In this document: in pieces, positions 20,259 through 30,629 of the stretch | Position numbering within the stretch: position 1 is the first letter of the stretch | Layout: the number at the start of each line of letters is the position of its first letter | DNA from: Dehalococcoidia bacterium | GTDB lineage: Bacteria > Chloroflexota > Dehalococcoidia > GIF9 > UBA5629 | DNA: 64,000 nucleotides | Direction: 5' to 3' | Assembly: GCA_011170325.1 (NCBI GenBank) | Contig: DUEX01000001.1 | Location: 373 to 64,372, forward strand | Notes under the pieces: model-generated | Told to the model about the DNA's origin: nothing | The model's database searches: none | What the model saw: the letters and a program-made list of their open reading frames with translations, nothing else | Made by a program: the position numbers and the translations under genes

Positions 20259-21334
20259 GTGGAGTATATTGGTTTGGACTGTCACAAGCAATATGACCAC
20301 GCGACAATGATTGACACAGAGACGGGAGAAGTAAAGGCAAAAAGACTAGCACATACCAAGGAGGAATTTAGAGAGTTCATAGGCAAGAGAGCAAACACTA
20401 GGATGGTGTTAGAGTTATGTTGGAATTGGTCCAAGACGTATGAGCTGGCGAAAGACCCTGTGGAGGAAGTGATTCTTGCTCATCCGCTTAAGGTAAAAGC
20501 TATTGTCTCAGCCAAGGTAAAGACTGATGCTATTGATTCTCGAACACTGGCTCAGCTACTAATGGATGATCTTATTCCCCAAGCCCATCTAAGGAAAGCA
20601 GACAACCGGGTAAAACAAAGGGTGATTAGACATAGGGCTTTCATAGTAGCAATGAGGACTCGAATAAAGAACCGAATACATGACCTTGTAAATAATCAGC
20701 CACTGCCACCGGAGATCGTTGAAGCAAAGCCAACGAACCTGTTCCTAAAGAAGAGAAAGAGGGGTACGGAATGGCTTACCTCATTGAAATGGGACAGGGA
20801 AGAGGACAGGAGAATAGTCCAATCAGATTTGAGACTTATAGAGCGTCTTAACCAGGAAATATCAACTAGCAATGAGATGATTGAGGAGATACACGGGAAA
20901 GACAGGGGATGCCCAGCTTCTTTTCACCATCCCCGGAATAAGGATACCCCTGGCTGTTCTCATTAGCACTGAAATAGATGGCATTAGCCGCTTTAGTTCT
21001 CCATCTAAGTTGTGTTCTTATGCTGGTCTTGTACCATCCACCCATTCGTCGGGAGGAAAGACATATCATGGGAAGATCACCTTGGAAAGGGACCGGTGGT
21101 TAAGGTGGGCTTTGGTGGAAGCTGTTGTACCCGCGTCCTACGCTTATATGGAAATAAGAAAAACTGTTGGATGCCCTTAGGAAAATCAAAAATGCAAATG
21201 TAGCTAAGACAATAATGGCTAGTTAGCTGCTTAAAGTGGTGTACCATGTGCTAAAAGAAGGTCGCCCTTATGTGCCAACTGATCCGGCTGAAGTAAGACC
21301 GGGCCGCCCTTCAAAAGCCTTAGCGAGCTCATAG
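20259..21334 (+). mobile_element. IS110-family transposase, disrupted by a +1 frameshift near 20890 and an in-frame TAG near 21222
   Basis: N-terminal DEDD-type domain (YIGLDCHKQYDHATMID). C-terminal domain motifs FTIPGI...ISRFSSPSKLCSYAGLVPSTHSSGGK lie in a second frame. Family-typical C-terminus AKTIMAS*LLKVVYHVLKEGRPY lies beyond a stop. Confidence 0.7.
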
Positions 21335-21716
21335 TAGTGAGTTGCGCTCCTAATACAGGTTAAGGGGTTCCGAATCGGACGTTACAATGTGCATCAAGAT
21401 TGATGGTACGGATAGGAAGCTGCTGTGACTCTAGCTGCACAAAAGAGGCAATTGTCACTCTTATGCTGAGCAGTATCCTAGTGTATAGTTTGGCTAGGGC
21501 TACCGTACTATTGACATTGTATGAAGAAATGTCCTATTGTTCATAACAAAAAAGGGGGTGCTCTTCTTCAGATAGGGTGTTTAAGATTGAGAACATTGCT
21601 GGGGGGGTATAGTTGGTGGTGCACATAGTCGAAAATTGTCGCTGGTGATGAAGTAACAAGCATAGGTAGAAGATAGACTACTACTGCATTAAATCTAATT
21701 TTGTGAGGAGTTACTT

Positions 21717-22952
21717 ATGAAGAAGTATGAGCCATTTATTATGGAAGAAGATCGACTTATGCTACGGACAGTCCGTGACTTCGTTGAGAAGGAGATCATG
21801 CCTGTCCGAAAGCAGCTAGATGATCCGCAACGGGGTCATCATATCTATACGGAGCTAATGGAAGGGTTAGTGCATATAGGGCTACAGAAGCGTGCTTTGC
21901 CAAGAGAGATCGGTGGCCTGGGACAAAGTTCTGCAGTCAGCCAAACCACCACTAGCGAGGAGCTAGCAAGAGGTGACCCTCTTTTTGGTATTATGCCTGG
22001 CATGGCCGCTTGGATTTTTGGCCCAGCGATAGTGAGCCGAAATATGACTGTTCTGGAAAAGTTTGCCGCCCAATTTTGTGAGGACAAACTACATACTGCT
22101 GCTTTATCTCTGACTGAGCCAAGCGGTGGATGTAATATCGCTAGCGCTGAGGAGAGGGGTCGCACAATCCAGACTATCGCCCGCTCGGAGGGTGATGAGT
22201 GGGTCATAAATGGGCACAAACGTTGGACAAGCAACGGAGGGATTGCCGAGATCTACTTGGTGCTTTGCCAGACAGACCATGCTCTGGGAGAGGATGGGAT
22301 AGCCCTGATTTATGTTCCTGCTGGCACTCCTGGGATGTCTTTTGGTAAACCGGAAAACCTGATGGGTTTCAAGGCTGATATAAATCTCGAGGTCTTCTAT
22401 GATGATGTCAGGGTGCCGAAGGCATGGCGAGCCTCAGATGAACCTGGCCGAGATGGCCGGAATGTGCGTCGTATCTCATGTTTTGCTCGGCTTATTTCTG
22501 CTGCATCTCTAACAGGGGTGGCCCAAGGTGTCTTCGATTACGTTGTAGAATATACCGCAAATAGGTTTTTCGGGGGTAAACAAGTTAGGCAGCACACAAT
22601 GCAAGCCGGCATTTTGGCTGATATGGCTATTGATCTGCTGAGTGCTCGGGCTTTTTACTTACAGATTGCATCATGGTTTGACAATCGTGCTGTCTTTGGT
22701 AGCCCTACTGGGGACTTCTTGCTAGGAATGGCAAGCGCCATAAGAATATATGCTGCGGATGCGACTATCAGAAGTTGCAACAAGGCTATGGAGCTCATGG
22801 GAGCCTATGGCTACTCAGAGGATTACCCCATCGCCAAGTATCTGCGGGATTCGAAGATCCTTCAGTTATGGGAAGGAGGTGTTCATCAAACTCGGATAGA
22901 TGTAGCACGCGCATTTTATTCCGTACATGGCCCAGAGCTTGTTATTCCGTAG
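21717..22952 (+). CDS. Acyl-CoA dehydrogenase family protein
   Basis: 411-aa ACAD fold with the C-terminal YPIAKYLRDSKILQLWEGG, where a Glu sits at the MCAD-type base position. Confidence 0.8.
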   Translation: MKKYEPFIMEEDRLMLRTVRDFVEKEIMPVRKQLDDPQRGHHIYTELMEGLVHIGLQKRALPREIGGLGQSSAVSQTTTSEELARGDPLFGIMPGMAAWIFGPAIVSRNMTVLEKFAAQFCEDKLHTAALSLTEPSGGCNIASAEERGRTIQTIARSEGDEWVINGHKRWTSNGGIAEIYLVLCQTDHALGEDGIALIYVPAGTPGMSFGKPENLMGFKADINLEVFYDDVRVPKAWRASDEPGRDGRNVRRISCFARLISAASLTGVAQGVFDYVVEYTANRFFGGKQVRQHTMQAGILADMAIDLLSARAFYLQIASWFDNRAVFGSPTGDFLLGMASAIRIYAADATIRSCNKAMELMGAYGYSEDYPIAKYLRDSKILQLWEGGVHQTRIDVARAFYSVHGPELVIP

Positions 22953-23002
22953 CTTTGGTCATTGCTAGAGATACAATAACAGAATCATAAGGAGCTGAGA
23001 AG

Positions 23003-24163
23003 ATGGAGTTTCAATTGAACGAAGAGCAAGTGATGCTTAAGAGAATGGTGCATGAGGTAGCCGAGAAGGAGTTCCGCCCGAAAGTAACAGAATGGGAGAC
23101 TAAAGCTGAATTCATGCCCCGTGAGTACTTCAAGAAGCTAAGCTCATTAGGGCTTTTAGGATTGTCTGTCCCTGTAGAATACGGAGGACAGGGGCGAACT
23201 GCTTTCGAAGTTATTCTAGCTATTGAAGAGCTAGCACGGGTATCAATTCTATGTGCTTTACCTGTTTTTGAATCTGGTGTGGGACCTGTCAGGGTGATCG
23301 AGCAATTTGGAACCGAAGACCAAAAACGAAAATATATACCTCCCGTATGCCAAGGCGAATCCTGGTGTGCCGTTGGTATGACTGAACCTGAGGCTGGTTC
23401 AGCGCTAACTGATCTCAGCACAAGAGCTGTCCTAAATGGCAATTACTATGTTGTGAACGGCACGAAATGCTTTATTACCGGAGGAGGCGAGGCTGACATT
23501 TACGTGACATATGTGAGACTCAGTGAGCAGAAAGGTGCTAAAGGCATTGGTGGGCTGATCATTGAAAAAGGGGCGGCAGGTTTTTCTTTCGGCAAGCAGG
23601 AGCAGTTTATGGGCTGGCGAGGCGTGCCAAGCTGTGACCTAATCTTCGAAGATTGCCGTGTGCCCAAAGAGAACCTTGTAGTCAGGGAAGGAGATTTCAG
23701 AAGGCTGATGACTGCGTTTGACCTTGAGCGGTGTGGTAATGCAACTATGTGTTTGGGGATAGCCCAAGGAGCCCTTGAACAGGCAATAGACTATTCGCAA
23801 CAAAGGAAGCAGTGGGGCAAAGACATATGTGAGTTTCAAGCAGTCCAGTTCATGTTAGCTGACGCACTTATAAAGGTCGAAGCAGCCCGGCTTTTAATCT
23901 ATAGGGCAACAGTCAATGCTGCCACGGGGTTGCCCTCTCCGCTTGAGGCGAACCTTGCTAAGTGCTTTGCTAATCAAATGGTGAGAGATGTCACCGCGCT
24001 TGTTTTGCAGATACACGGCGGCTACGGTTATTCGAAGGACTATCCTGTAGAGCGCATGTTACGTGATGGCTGGGGTTGGGGGATCGCTGGTGGTAGCATT
24101 GAGATTCAGAAAACCACCATAGCCTCTCAGCTTCTAAATCGCAGATTCGATCAGAGGAAGTAG
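23003..24163 (+). CDS. Acyl-CoA dehydrogenase
   Basis: 386 aa with N-terminal helical, middle beta and C-terminal helical ACAD domains (GMTEPEAGS, CFITGGG, YPVERMLRD). Confidence 0.85.
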   Translation: MEFQLNEEQVMLKRMVHEVAEKEFRPKVTEWETKAEFMPREYFKKLSSLGLLGLSVPVEYGGQGRTAFEVILAIEELARVSILCALPVFESGVGPVRVIEQFGTEDQKRKYIPPVCQGESWCAVGMTEPEAGSALTDLSTRAVLNGNYYVVNGTKCFITGGGEADIYVTYVRLSEQKGAKGIGGLIIEKGAAGFSFGKQEQFMGWRGVPSCDLIFEDCRVPKENLVVREGDFRRLMTAFDLERCGNATMCLGIAQGALEQAIDYSQQRKQWGKDICEFQAVQFMLADALIKVEAARLLIYRATVNAATGLPSPLEANLAKCFANQMVRDVTALVLQIHGGYGYSKDYPVERMLRDGWGWGIAGGSIEIQKTTIASQLLNRRFDQRK

Positions 24164-24775
24164 AGGGCTCGGGAATAAGGTCAGCACCATTCTATTTATG
24201 AAACCTATTTACCAAAAGCTTGCAATTGCGATATAGCTTTCCGCAATTGTACCGTAGACCATTTGGCATGCAATCCATCGTTTCGTTCAATCCGACGACA
24301 TCGAACTTTCCATCTTTTTGTTGCTTTACTTTAAGCCAATTTGTGTCTATATTCCCAACTTCCCAAAGGATATGCGGTATAGTAAATAATCCCAAGAGTT
24401 ACCCAGTAGATTACCAAGCAAAACCATCGAAGCACAAGATGGATGGCTTCTGCCTTTTCCAAACCCTATGTCTCCTGCAATTCCTGAATCGCTTCGGGAT
24501 CAGGATGAGCGTTAGATTCAGCCCAATGCTGCGCATAGATCAGGCTAGGGCCTCGTCTTCCAGTCAGCCACCAACGTCTCCTAATAGTAGCTAACTAATT
24601 TCCTCCTGACTAATCCCATCTATCAATGCTAATTTCGCGTGGAAGTAGGAACAATAACAGCAACCATCTACTGCACTTACAGCCAGCATAAGCCTCTCCT
24701 GGAAAGCTGGTGATAACAACCTCCCTTATTCTTCATTTCCTTCAGTCGTTCCCAACAGTATACTGTTTACGCAGC

Positions 24776-25933
24776 TTAGGCAAAAGCAGAAATTCCCAAC
24801 AAATCGCGGCCCACGATTAACTGCTGCATTTGAGTAGTGCCATCGGGAACAACAGCTACCCGTGCATCCCTAAAATAACGCTCTAATTGGTACTCCTCAG
24901 AAAGTCCGTAAGCCCCTAAAACCTCCATAGCCTCAGAAGTAACTCGCACAGCAACTCGTGGTGCGAACGATTTGGCGAGTGCCACGTTTCTAGCCCTTCC
25001 CTCTTCCTGATCTAGAGACTGAAAGGCTCTGTAGACTAAAAAGCGAGCTGCTTCGACATCAGCCCACATATCGGCCAGCATACCTTGAATCAGCTGAAAC
25101 TGACCAATTACTTTGCCAAACTGACGCCTTTGTTTCGCATAATCGATAGCACTGTCCAAAGCAGCCTGAGCAGCACCCAGGCTATTCATCGAAATACAGC
25201 ATCGAGACAACTCTACTCCAGCCATAAAACGTCTGAAGCCGCTTCCCGGCTCTCCAATGATGTTCTTTCTGTGTACCCAACAGTCCTCAAACGTAAGTTC
25301 GGCATTATCCCAACAGCGCATCCCGATTTTTGGTAGCAGACGCGTAGCAAAAGGAGAGACTTCCTTGTCGATAATGATAAGTGACATACCTCGACTGCCT
25401 TTGCTAGGATCCATAAGTGCTAAAACGATAGCCATTTCAGCTATAAATGCACATGAAATCCAAGTCTTCGTCCCATTGATTACGTAATAATCATTATCTA
25501 GTGCAGCTATGGTTTTACACTCGGCCAAATTTGAGCCAGCTTCAGGCTCAGTCCCGGCCTCGCACCATATTTTGTCACCTGCAAACAAAGCAGCTAAATG
25601 CCATCTTTGGTCTTCGGCACCTGGTGCAGCCAGATAATGAGCACCAGCAATCTGTATTTGTACGATTCCGGCTAAGGAGCCCCATGCTCTGGCTAACTCT
25701 TCGTAAAGTACAGCATACGAAGTCCAATCTAGAGCCATACCACCACACTCCTTAGGAAAGGGCCCGTTTAGATACCCTAAAGGAATGATCGTTTTCAGCA
25801 ATTCATGAGCCGCTTGATTAGGTAGATGGGTCATTTTTTCGTATGTGTTTACAACAGGGATTATTTCTCGTTCCATGAAAGAACGAGCATTCTGCTTGAC
25901 GAGCTTTTGTTCTTCATTTAACTCAAAATCCAT
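24776..25933 (-). CDS. Acyl-CoA dehydrogenase (IVD/LCAD-type catalytic Glu on helix G)
   Basis: 385-aa ACAD fold. NAELTFEDC carries a Glu at the IVD-type base position. The C-terminal motif reads VPDGT. Confidence 0.85.
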   Translation of the reverse strand: MDFELNEEQKLVKQNARSFMEREIIPVVNTYEKMTHLPNQAAHELLKTIIPLGYLNGPFPKECGGMALDWTSYAVLYEELARAWGSLAGIVQIQIAGAHYLAAPGAEDQRWHLAALFAGDKIWCEAGTEPEAGSNLAECKTIAALDNDYYVINGTKTWISCAFIAEMAIVLALMDPSKGSRGMSLIIIDKEVSPFATRLLPKIGMRCWDNAELTFEDCWVHRKNIIGEPGSGFRRFMAGVELSRCCISMNSLGAAQAALDSAIDYAKQRRQFGKVIGQFQLIQGMLADMWADVEAARFLVYRAFQSLDQEEGRARNVALAKSFAPRVAVRVTSEAMEVLGAYGLSEEYQLERYFRDARVAVVPDGTTQMQQLIVGRDLLGISAFA

Positions 25934-26647
25934 TTAAATTTACCCCCAATTTTCATTAGGATGTCGGCTTCAACAATAGAACAATCTATTATACAAAGGA
26001 TATTAGCTTAATGCTATAAGTGTATGTTGTCAGCGAAAATGGGACAATTTGGCCCTCAGAGTTAATGGACACCTCAGAGACCAATGTCCTACTTCCTGGC
26101 GGTTCTATTATGATCCCTTCTTGCTTGTAATGTCCCGTTTTCCGCCGCCTTTACTCAACGAGGCTATTCAATTTTGCCTCGAATTTGAGCTTACATTTGT
26201 TTCGACCTTCCTTGAAAACTTTCATCGCCAATTTAGTCCTCACTTCCAGCTTCATTATTTTGCGAAAACTGTGGGGACTTCAAAGCCGATTCCGACTTTC
26301 TCGATATCTGAAGCATCTGGTCTGCACTTAAGATATTCTACGGCAAAAAGCAACAGATTAGGCTAAACGCTTAATCGATTAAGTTTTGCGGCGGTTTTGT
26401 TGGCTAAGTTACTGCCCCAAAACAGATACAATTCTGGGTAAAAACTGGGGTGTCAACCTGCTAATCAGCTAGCTGCTTGCTTGCTGGCTAAGCAGCTAAG
26501 CAACTGCTTTAAGCAATGGAGCAATCTGATGGTGATACTTGTAACAGGAGCAACAGGATGTCTTGATTCAGGAGTAGTGCCGAGATCAAGTTGAAAGGCA
26601 GTTTATTCTAGCGTAGAATCAAGGCCATGACAGGTTGGAGGGGAGTT

Positions 26648-26767
26648 ATGGACAGAAAGGAAAGGTATGAGCAATTACAGGAGAAGATAATAGAACTTAC
26701 GAGGCAGCCTAAGAGAAAGATAGAGCTGAAAGCGGTAATGGACATAGGAGGAATGATTAAGGCCTAG
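26648..26767 (+). CDS. Hypothetical 39-aa charged, coiled-coil-like peptide
   Basis: ATG preceded by GGAGGGGAG. Encodes MDRKERYEQLQEKIIELTRQPKRKIELKAVMDIGGMIKA. Lies 26 nt upstream of the crotonase gene. Weak evidence only. Confidence 0.2.
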   Translation: MDRKERYEQLQEKIIELTRQPKRKIELKAVMDIGGMIKA

Positions 26768-26792
26768 GAAAAGAGCATAGAGGAGTTGAGCG

Positions 26793-27551
26793 ATGAAATA
26801 TGAAAATCTAATGTATGAAAAAGACGAGGGTATTGCCAAAATAACTATAAACCGTCCTAAGGTGATGAATGCTCTGAGCCCAGCGGTTCTCTCAGAGATC
26901 AAAGCAGCTTTGCAGGAGGCAAGCAAAGATGACGATGTGCGAGTAGTGGTGCTTACTGGAGCAGGCCGTGCCTATTCTGCGGGAGCGGACTTGCTATCAT
27001 TAGAAGACCGTAAGCTGGAGGGAGGAGCCATAGGACCTATACTAGATGATCCAGGTAGAGATGTTATCGATACTATACAGACTATACCCAAGGTTGTGAT
27101 AGCTATGATTAACGGATATTGCCTCACCGGTGCATTGGAAATATCCCTGGCTTGTGATCTCATTATAGCCTCGGAAGAGGCCAAGTTTGGAGATACTCAT
27201 ACCCGCTGGGGGCTTCGGCCCAGCTGGGGAATGAGCCAACGTTTGCCGCGCACTCTCGGACTACTGAAAGCTAAAGAACTATCCTTTACTGCAGAGACCA
27301 TTACAGCACAGGAAGCAGAGCGCATCGGCTTGGTAAATATGACAGTCCCTGCAGAGAAATTGGAGGGGACTGTGCAAGAGCTGGCGAGGAAGATAATGGC
27401 CAATAGTCTCGAAACGATTGCTGCTTATAAATATCTTTACAATCGTGGTATGAGAGATAGCCTGGAAAAGGGCTTAGAACTGGAGTCTAAGAGCAAGTTT
27501 GTGATTACAGATACCGACGAGAGACTAGAAAAGTTCAGGAAGAAGCACTGA
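26793..27551 (+). CDS. Enoyl-CoA hydratase (crotonase family)
   Basis: 252 aa beginning MKYENLMYEKDEGIAKITINRPKVMNAL. Crotonase fold with GYCLTGALEISLACDLIIA. Confidence 0.85.
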   Translation: MKYENLMYEKDEGIAKITINRPKVMNALSPAVLSEIKAALQEASKDDDVRVVVLTGAGRAYSAGADLLSLEDRKLEGGAIGPILDDPGRDVIDTIQTIPKVVIAMINGYCLTGALEISLACDLIIASEEAKFGDTHTRWGLRPSWGMSQRLPRTLGLLKAKELSFTAETITAQEAERIGLVNMTVPAEKLEGTVQELARKIMANSLETIAAYKYLYNRGMRDSLEKGLELESKSKFVITDTDERLEKFRKKH

Positions 27552-27873
27552 GTAAGACTCGTAAAAATGGAGGAGCCTGCGCTAATACCCTTATCTCAGC
27601 AGTAGGGCAAACCTGCTAGAGGCCGCTCAAGGAAATTGGGGACACGCTTTGATTATACCCATAAGCCAAGGCAAGATGGATGAAACAAAGGTAAGTGTCA
27701 GGAGACTGCGGTCAAACGATAGCATTTCTGCTGAGGGCTAACAAGGAGTTCAGTGTTATTGTTTGTGAGAGCTAGGGGAGAAAATCTCAAAATCTCCAAA
27801 CTACAACTGAGATGATGTTGTGTTCCGTTATGGTTGCTGCCTCTATCGCCAAAACTATAGCTAACAAGAGTGC

Positions 27874-28041
27874 TTACCTTACTGCCAAGCCTAGATAATA
27901 TGGCCAGATAACTAAAGCAAGTATAATTTTCCACCAAATCAGATTGGCATAAGCAATAGTGAATAACCAACCGATGAACCAAATAATGCCCACAAGGCCC
28001 GATGCAGCCTGATTCGCCCTATGTTTGCTTCCCTGCGTCAT
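27874..28041 (-). CDS. Hypothetical small membrane protein (about 55 aa, 2 TM)
   Basis: Reverse-strand ORF encoding MTQGSKHRANQAASGLVGIIWFIGWLFTIAYANLIWWKIILALVIWPYYLGLAVR. Below the track cutoff. No homology recognised. Confidence 0.25.
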   Translation of the reverse strand: MTQGSKHRANQAASGLVGIIWFIGWLFTIAYANLIWWKIILALVIWPYYLGLAVR

Positions 28042-28367
28042 GTCACTTTTCCTCCGTAACGCCTTACAAATTAATGTTCTTTTGGATTGTTAACGTGTTT
28101 CCTGCAATATTTCAATGCAAATTTTTCTGGATAACAATTTGGGGGCTCGTATGCTCACCTTTGAGGACAGCATGAAGCATTACAAGGCAGTGTCCCAAGA
28201 GCTTCTTGGCTCTATTATGAATTCTGTGGAAATGAAGCCGGTTCTCGAGGTGTGCCACCTGCCCATCCGATTGAACAGAAATCCAAATTGTTAGATTAGC
28301 AGATTGTTAAATCTGGCCTCGAATACTGTTACACTACCTACAAAATGATTTATGAAACAATATAACG

Positions 28368-28565
28368 ATGGGTGATACAGGTTTCATAATAGGCATGTTT
28401 ATTGGTATGTCAGGTGGCATTTCTATTGGCATCCCGATGGGGAGGCAACAGAAACCTTGGTCTGAATTAACTCCCAGAGAGAAACGGTTACGCATAGGCT
28501 TAGCAGCTCTAGGCGCCATTCTGGTAGTAGCTGGTATAGTCGTGTTTCTCCTAAGAGCTACTTAG
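28368..28565 (+). CDS. Hypothetical small membrane protein with glycine-zipper N-terminus and C-terminal TM
   Basis: 65 aa: MGDTGFIIGMFIGMSGGISIGIPMG...AALGAILVVAGIVVFLL. Confidence 0.3.
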   Translation: MGDTGFIIGMFIGMSGGISIGIPMGRQQKPWSELTPREKRLRIGLAALGAILVVAGIVVFLLRAT

Positions 28566-28640
28566 TTTTGGTTCTTCAGCCACCATTCCATTGCGCAATG
28601 CGATGGATTGTTGGATTTGTGATGCAAATTCCATTCTGGT

Positions 28641-29390
28641 TCAGGCACTCTCGAATCGTTTCCTCAACTGCTCCTCAGTCAACAGCCCACCTGTAAGACT
28701 CCTAGCATCCTGAGCTGCTACTAATGCCGCATACTTGCCCCACATCCATGGGGATTGCCAGCCTGACATGTCAGCCTGTGGGTTTACGAACCTGGTCCCC
28801 TCCGTAACAGTATAGCTAGGACAAAGGGCATTCACAGCAATATTGTATTCCTCAAGTTCCTTAGCCAAACCAAGCGTAAACCTCTCAATTGCTGCCTTGG
28901 AACAGCCATAGGCTGTATTGCCTTCAATCAGTGTAGTTCCTAGTATTGACGAAAGGTTGATAATATTGCCCCGTTTTTGATCTAGCATGTAAGGAAGGAC
29001 AGCTTTAGTACAGAGGAAAGTGCCTCTTAGATTAACAGCCAATATGAGATCCCAGCGTTTTATAGAAAGTTCAAGTACGGAACTGCGAGCTGATATCCCT
29101 GCATTGTTGACCAAGATGTCCACCCTTTTGAACTCACTAATAGTATGCCTAACCATCCTCTCTACCTCCTCTTCCTTCGTGACGTCTGTCTTTAGAGCAA
29201 GGCAACACCGGCCTAGATTTTGAATTTCGCTTGCGGTCTCATGGATGGTCCCGGGCAAGTCTTTATGGGCTGTCTCAGTTCGTGCTGCAACTACTATGTC
29301 GGCTCCTTCTTTAGCCAAGGCGATAGCTATGGCTTTACCTATACCTCGGCTACTGCCAGTGACTATGGCTACTTTCCTCGACAATGTCAT
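28641..29390 (-). CDS. Short-chain dehydrogenase/reductase (SDR) family oxidoreductase
   Basis: TGSSRGIGKAIA cofactor motif, NNAG motif, and catalytic YGCSKAA (YxxxK). Confidence 0.85.
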   Translation of the reverse strand: MTLSRKVAIVTGSSRGIGKAIAIALAKEGADIVVAARTETAHKDLPGTIHETASEIQNLGRCCLALKTDVTKEEEVERMVRHTISEFKRVDILVNNAGISARSSVLELSIKRWDLILAVNLRGTFLCTKAVLPYMLDQKRGNIINLSSILGTTLIEGNTAYGCSKAAIERFTLGLAKELEEYNIAVNALCPSYTVTEGTRFVNPQADMSGWQSPWMWGKYAALVAAQDARSLTGGLLTEEQLRKRFESA

Positions 29391-29766
29391 GGTTCTCACA
29401 CCTCCTCCGTTACTTGCTTTATATTACAGCAAAACTAAACCCAAAAGCTACACATCTGGCTGTGCTTGCGGATTGGTGTTACGGTGGCAAATAACTCCTA
29501 AACGCAAGATGGCTGATGCAAGATTTACTCACCTAACTGGCACATAAACAATCTGGTTAATTGTTTGCCTCAATCTAATGTTTTCACAGAAGTGAGTAAC
29601 CTTCATATCTCGGCTGACTTTTAGCCCTGTTTGATTCTAAGTCTCAGCCCATATATAATTTGTTGTTGACTAGCAAAAATCATATGCTCTCAAAGGCAGT
29701 TTCCAGGGCTGTCCAAAGGAGAATTAGCTATCCCTAGTAAATCAATTTTCAGGAGGTATTTGACTA

Positions 29767-30627
29767 ATGAAAAGCGATGGTTTTGATCAATTCAAGGGTT
29801 CGTCTGATTATGTTACTTCTGAACCCTTAAGGAATGCGGTTAATGTAGCTATAGCCTTGGGAAGACCGTTATTAATTAGGGGAGAGCCGGGAACAGGGAA
29901 GACCCTGCTTGCTCACAGCATCTCCAGTGGGTTGGGCAAAAAGCTGATTGTATGGAATATAAAATCAACCACCAAGGCTCAAGAGGGATTATATGTTTAT
30001 GACACTGTGCAAAGGCTGAACGACAGTCGCTTCGGTGATAGAGATGTTTCTGACATCAAGCAATACATCAAGCTGGGTAAATTAGGGCAAGCCTTCGCTT
30101 CTCTCGAGCAGGTGGTGCTTCTCATCGACGAGGTAGATAAGGCTGACATTGAGTTTCCCAATGACCTCCTTAATGAATTGGATGAAATGAGCTTTCACAT
30201 TCCAGAGACCAATGAGACCATCACAGCTATTCACCGACCGATATCAGTCATCACCAGCAATGCTGAGAAAGAGCTCCCCGATGCGTTCTTGCGGCGTTGT
30301 ATATTCCACTATATTGAGTTCCCCGACCCTGAGCTGATGGAGGAAATCGTCCAGGTACATTTCCCTAATATTAAGAATAGCCTTCTTCGCGAAGCCCTGA
30401 AGACCTTTTACTCACTGAGGGAGATCGACGAGTTCAGGAAGAAACCCTCGACTAGTGAACTAATAGACTGGATTCGGGCTCTTATTGTTGGAGGCATACC
30501 CCACGAAAACGTTTCTAAGGAGATTCCCTTTGTTGGCACTCTGCTGAAGAAAGAGACGGATTACGATTACTTTGTAAATAGTCACATGACTAGGATTGGC
30601 AGTACTTTCATCACTCGGCGGCAGTAG
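29767..30627 (+). CDS. MoxR/CoxD-like AAA+ ATPase
   Basis: 286 aa with Walker A GEPGTGKT, Walker B LLIDEVDKA, and the sensor region VITSN. Confidence 0.75.
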   Translation: MKSDGFDQFKGSSDYVTSEPLRNAVNVAIALGRPLLIRGEPGTGKTLLAHSISSGLGKKLIVWNIKSTTKAQEGLYVYDTVQRLNDSRFGDRDVSDIKQYIKLGKLGQAFASLEQVVLLIDEVDKADIEFPNDLLNELDEMSFHIPETNETITAIHRPISVITSNAEKELPDAFLRRCIFHYIEFPDPELMEEIVQVHFPNIKNSLLREALKTFYSLREIDEFRKKPSTSELIDWIRALIVGGIPHENVSKEIPFVGTLLKKETDYDYFVNSHMTRIGSTFITRRQ

Positions 30628-30629
30628 AT

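Noticed and set aside
26049-26366. 105-aa forward-strand ORF in the long ACAD/crotonase intergenic region
   Set aside because: No RBS, odd composition and no family resemblance. The region is better explained as regulatory or non-coding.
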